Origin: Patescibacteria group bacterium UBA4787
GTDB taxonomy: Bacteria; Patescibacteriota; Patescibacteriia; UBA2591; UBA4787
Direction: 5' to 3'
DNA length: 64,000 bases
Assembly (NCBI GenBank): GCA_002402995.1
Contig: DHGX01000004.1
Location: forward strand, 155,670 to 219,669
In this document: positions 61,098 through 64,000 of the stretch, piece after piece
How positions within the stretch are numbered: the stretch's first letter is position 1
Layout of the letters: every line of letters begins with the position of its first letter
Program-made: the position numbers and the translations under genes
The notes under the pieces: model-generated
What the model was told of the DNA's origin: nothing
Database searches by the model: none
What the model saw: only the letters and a program-made list of their open reading frames with translations

Positions 61098-61172
61098 TGG
61101 TGCCCCCAAGAGGAATCGGACCTCTATCCCAGGTTCCGCAAACCTGTGCTCTATCCATTGAGCTATGAGGGC
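61098..61172 (-). tRNA. tRNA-Arg (anticodon read as GCG by manual fold), CCA encoded
   Basis: GCCCTCA...GCTC-AATGGATA-GAGC, CAGGT-TTGCGGA-ACCTG, AGAGG-TCCGATT-CCTCT, TGGGGGC-A-CCA. Confidence 0.65.
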
Positions 61173-61232
61173 AATTATAAACATATTTATAGCTGGAATT
61201 TAATCATCTTCTCAAACCCTATTCTATCCACT

Positions 61233-61283
61233 CCGACGCTTCGGTCGGAGCCCCGACTTTACGTCGGGGTTGAGCTATGAGGG
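61233..61283. repeat. Two GC hairpins plus a 13-14-bp duplicate of the tRNA-Arg 5' end
   Basis: CCGAC-gcttcg-GTCGG; CCCCGAC-ttta-cGTCGGGG; TGAGCTATGAGGG repeats tRNA-Arg 61160-61172. Confidence 0.55.
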
Positions 61284-61284
61284 A

Positions 61285-61818
61285 TTATATTTTCAGCCAA
61301 CGATTTAAACGATCAACAATATTCTCTTCTTCTTTAGATAAATCTTCTAATAAATAATTTTTTAATATTTCTCTAATCTTTACGGGGTTTTCGTTTTCTA
61401 GGGGGATAGAAAAATCCGTTAATAAAACATTTTTCAAGTCGAGATACAATAGTTTAATCTGGGGTGGCTTATAAACCAAACGAAAGTTTTTTATATCTTT
61501 CCACGCATAACAACTATTTCCCACATTGATACCATCTTCGGTGATAACGCATTCTAAATTTCTTGGCGCTTGGCGCATATTTAAAATAAAAATCGCGACG
61601 CCCAAAACGATAATTAATAAAAATAATAAATTACCAACAAAAAGAGAATAAATGACCATAACCGACAATACGGCAATCATGCAAATATACCACCACCTAG
61701 TTTTTGGCAATTTGCGGTATTCCGGGAAACTCCATCTCGTCAAAATTTGCACTTGATCGTTGGATTCGTCATTGTTCAATTCTGTGTTCGTTTGATTAAT
61801 GTTTTGATCTTTGACCAT
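61285..61818 (-). CDS. Hypothetical membrane protein (2 TM, possible bPH-like C-terminal domain)
   Basis: ORF plus hydropathy only. Confidence 0.3.
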   Translation of the reverse strand: MVKDQNINQTNTELNNDESNDQVQILTRWSFPEYRKLPKTRWWYICMIAVLSVMVIYSLFVGNLLFLLIIVLGVAIFILNMRQAPRNLECVITEDGINVGNSCYAWKDIKNFRLVYKPPQIKLLYLDLKNVLLTDFSIPLENENPVKIREILKNYLLEDLSKEEENIVDRLNRWLKI

Positions 61819-61851
61819 AGTTATATTTTTAATTTTATTATATTTGAAAAA

Positions 61852-61936
61852 ACGGTGGGGGCGAGATTCGAACTCGCGAGGGTTTTATCCCTAACGGTTT
61901 TCAAGACCGTCCCATTCAACCGCTCTGGCACCCCAC
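61852..61936 (-). tRNA. tRNA-Ser (anticodon UGA)
   Basis: GGTGGGG...ACGGT-CTTGAAA-ACCGT, long variable arm, GCGAG-TTCGAAT-CTCGC, CCCCACC-G. Confidence 0.8.
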
Positions 61937-62468
61937 CACACAATAACCCATAACCGATAACCTATAACTCATAACAACAAACAACTAACTAACTAAATTA
62001 TTTTAGCATCATTTTCGGCCTTGCGTCAAGGCAAACGAATTGGGAGCGCATAGTTAAAAACAACACCCACAAAACAACTTGCCCAAAGGTGGGTTATTTT
62101 TAAAATTTCGCTATAAAGGGTACTAACCCTGTGTTATCTGTGTTTTCTTTTTTTAGCTTTTGCCTCAAGCATAAGCCGCTTAATTTCAAGCCGCTTGGCT
62201 GTTTTATGAGAGCGCGATCTTCTCTCCTTTCCAACTGCATTAGCTCTTTTTGCCATATAAATTTTATTAAGATAAGTTATTTAGTTTCGATAATTTGTTG
62301 TCATGGCGGGGACGATATCCGGAACTTTGAACCGAAAATACGGCTCAAATTCAGGGATATTGATAAAAGTATACGTGAATTAAGGGCTATGTACAAGGTT
62401 CATCCTGAATGGTTTGAGACACCTCATTCAGAGTCTAGTGGGGACAAAAATGAGGTGGATTATTCTGT

Positions 62469-64000
62469 TTAATTCAAATCCAAAAATTTCCAACCCTTTA
62501 TATCTTTTGGATTATACTTGTATTCTTTCTCGGTAAAATATAGCCAACTTTTCTTTTCATATCTTACAATTCCACCATCAATTTTTTTCTTCTTCTGTTC
62601 GGCAATATATTTTATCAATCCATCGGAGCGAGATTTCGCAAGTTCCGCAGTATATCCTGATTTTGTGTCAAAAAGTCCAATAGTTCCATTTTTCATCATC
62701 ACAATAAAATCAACATAAAATGCTTTTTCTTGTCCATACTCAATGTGTGGCACAGCAAAAAATGATCCATCTTGTTTCCCGTTTCTAAACCACCAAACAA
62801 CTCTCTTCGCATTTTCTAAGTATTTAATAAAATCATTTTCAATTTCACTATCCTCAAACAATCGCCCAGTTTCTCCGTCCCGAGAGCGAGCGTAGTATGG
62901 TTGCATAATGGACTTCTTGTAATTTTGCTCCACGAATGACGGATCAAAATTGATAGCTTCCGGTACATTCCACGGCTCGTCATTTTTTATAAGTTCTTTT
63001 TTGCCTTTTCCAACTTCGGTTTTATACAAATCTTTCGCGAGATTGATAGTATCGATTACAGCTTGGCGATTCTTTTCAGACGAAAGTATAGTTGCTTGTA
63101 TTTTAGGCCATTCGTCCTCTTTGCGCCGTGCGCCAAAGAAAGTATAGATAGAATCGTTTATGCGCTTTATAGAGCGAGTTTCGGGTGCAAATGGATCAAG
63201 ATTATCAAGTACAAACATATCAAAAGCATACTGCAATTCCGTCTCTGTCTTTGGCATAGAAAAAGTACTGCCATCAATTTTTGTGATTTCCTTATCAGCA
63301 TTTTCTACGCGACCATCTTTAATCATTGTAGTTTTTACAACTCCACCTTTTAGCGAGACATTTTTCAAACTCGTTTTCTCAGCCGCCTTTAGAAAAATTG
63401 ACACAAAATCAGAGGATAGGCGAGTTTCTTCACGGAATCGTTTTGAGTGATACGAAACTAGGTCAATATTTTTATACTTCTCATTACGATAACTTGTGAG
63501 GGGTTTGATACCAGACGAAGCACCTTTCAGAATACGAGTATTAATATCTTGCAAACTGGTGTAAAGATAAGCGATATTCAATTCTTGATCTTTGTAATGC
63601 TTTTGTTCGGGCATACGCATAATTCTTCCCAGTGTTTGAATTGAAAATGTCATCGTCTCATCTTTCCATTGTCGGAACAGTACAAGGATTGTCGCTCTCG
63701 GACAATCCCAGCCGAGTGCAATCGCTTGTTTGAACATCATTACTTCTACTTCATTTTCGTTCTTCTCAATGTTGGCGAGATTTATTTTATTATCTTTTTC
63801 AGAAAGATAGACGGCTAGCCTTCCGTTTTTTGTCGTATATCCAAATTTTGCAAGGAGCGCCTCAATTTCCTCTTTTTTATCGGGCACTCCTTTTTTTGTG
63901 TCCGGTAATTGAATAAGCAATAGCGGATTAACATTTGAACCATCTTTCTCCAGTTTTTTCCTCAATTCCAGTCTTTTCTGCAAAGCAGATTTCAAAATCA
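62469..64000 (-). CDS. C-terminal >500 aa of a helicase-nuclease, likely type III restriction Res-like; N-terminus lies beyond the window end
   Basis: Helicase motif VI-like QTLGRIMR after ...WDCPRATILVLFR; C-terminal VDF...LFDTKSG is PD-(D/E)xK-like. The ORF stays open to the window edge. Confidence 0.45.
   Translation of the reverse strand, partial: ILKSALQKRLELRKKLEKDGSNVNPLLLIQLPDTKKGVPDKKEEIEALLAKFGYTTKNGRLAVYLSEKDNKINLANIEKNENEVEVMMFKQAIALGWDCPRATILVLFRQWKDETMTFSIQTLGRIMRMPEQKHYKDQELNIAYLYTSLQDINTRILKGASSGIKPLTSYRNEKYKNIDLVSYHSKRFREETRLSSDFVSIFLKAAEKTSLKNVSLKGGVVKTTMIKDGRVENADKEITKIDGSTFSMPKTETELQYAFDMFVLDNLDPFAPETRSIKRINDSIYTFFGARRKEDEWPKIQATILSSEKNRQAVIDTINLAKDLYKTEVGKGKKELIKNDEPWNVPEAINFDPSFVEQNYKKSIMQPYYARSRDGETGRLFEDSEIENDFIKYLENAKRVVWWFRNGKQDGSFFAVPHIEYGQEKAFYVDFIVMMKNGTIGLFDTKSGYTAELAKSRSDGLIKYIAEQKKKKIDGGIVRYEKKSWLYFTEKEYKYNPKDIKGWKFLDLN

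Noticed and set aside
61747-61953. 68-aa plus-strand ORF
   Set aside because: It overlaps the minus-strand tRNA-Ser (61852-61936) and its upstream region. It is an artefact.
62131-62472. 113-aa plus-strand ORF from the track
   Set aside because: Its N-terminus is FFSF/Cys-rich junk. It overlaps a more plausible 41-aa basic ORF on the opposite strand and the 3' end of the Res-like gene. It is kept only as a low-confidence possibility.

Overview
This is an AT-rich (~33% GC) bacterial window with a compact gene complement that looks like a small-genome, fermentative, Patescibacteria/CPR-like organism. That placement is an inference from gene content, not from any search. Most of the window is housekeeping: a minimal dcw cluster (mraZ-rsmH-ftsL-ftsI-[structured spacer]-murF, murE absent), mraY/wecA-like, murI, ruvX, pheST, groES/EL with a CIRCE operator, secG, RNase J, trpS, smpB plus a tmRNA that I annotated by hand, infC-rpmI-rplT, folD, ftsE, several glycosyltransferases, and 7 tRNAs. 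An AckA + PduL pair forms an acetyl-phosphate/ATP module.

The items I would look at first:
- A ~2.7 kb GC-rich (~52%) island (36.15-38.93 kb) carrying two proteases: a secreted 635-aa protein with a SpoIVB/S55-type GMSGSP serine-protease motif, and a membrane-anchored ClpP-fold protease.
- A separate GC-rich, self-contained promoter-SD-ORF-terminator cassette (33.9-34.5 kb) encoding a 142-aa Cys-rich protein.
- A PheT beta subunit with an NlpC/P60 (C40 peptidase) domain inserted after the B5 domain.
- An ELP3-like gene carrying an in-frame GC-rich palindromic insertion.
- An MFS-half fused to peptide deformylase.
- A small tandemly duplicated ORF-pair cassette (30.2-30.8 kb).
- Several families of GC-punctuated, hairpin-forming intergenic repeats. 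Some carry TATAAT boxes, some duplicate tRNA ends, and one flanks smpB/tmRNA.
- Five perfect DnaA-box 9-mers, three of them within 85 bp upstream of mraZ.
- A type III Res-like helicase-nuclease truncated at the window end.

No CRISPR array, rRNA or obvious IS/transposase gene is present. All calls rest on reading the sequence and the ORF track by eye; no database search was run.
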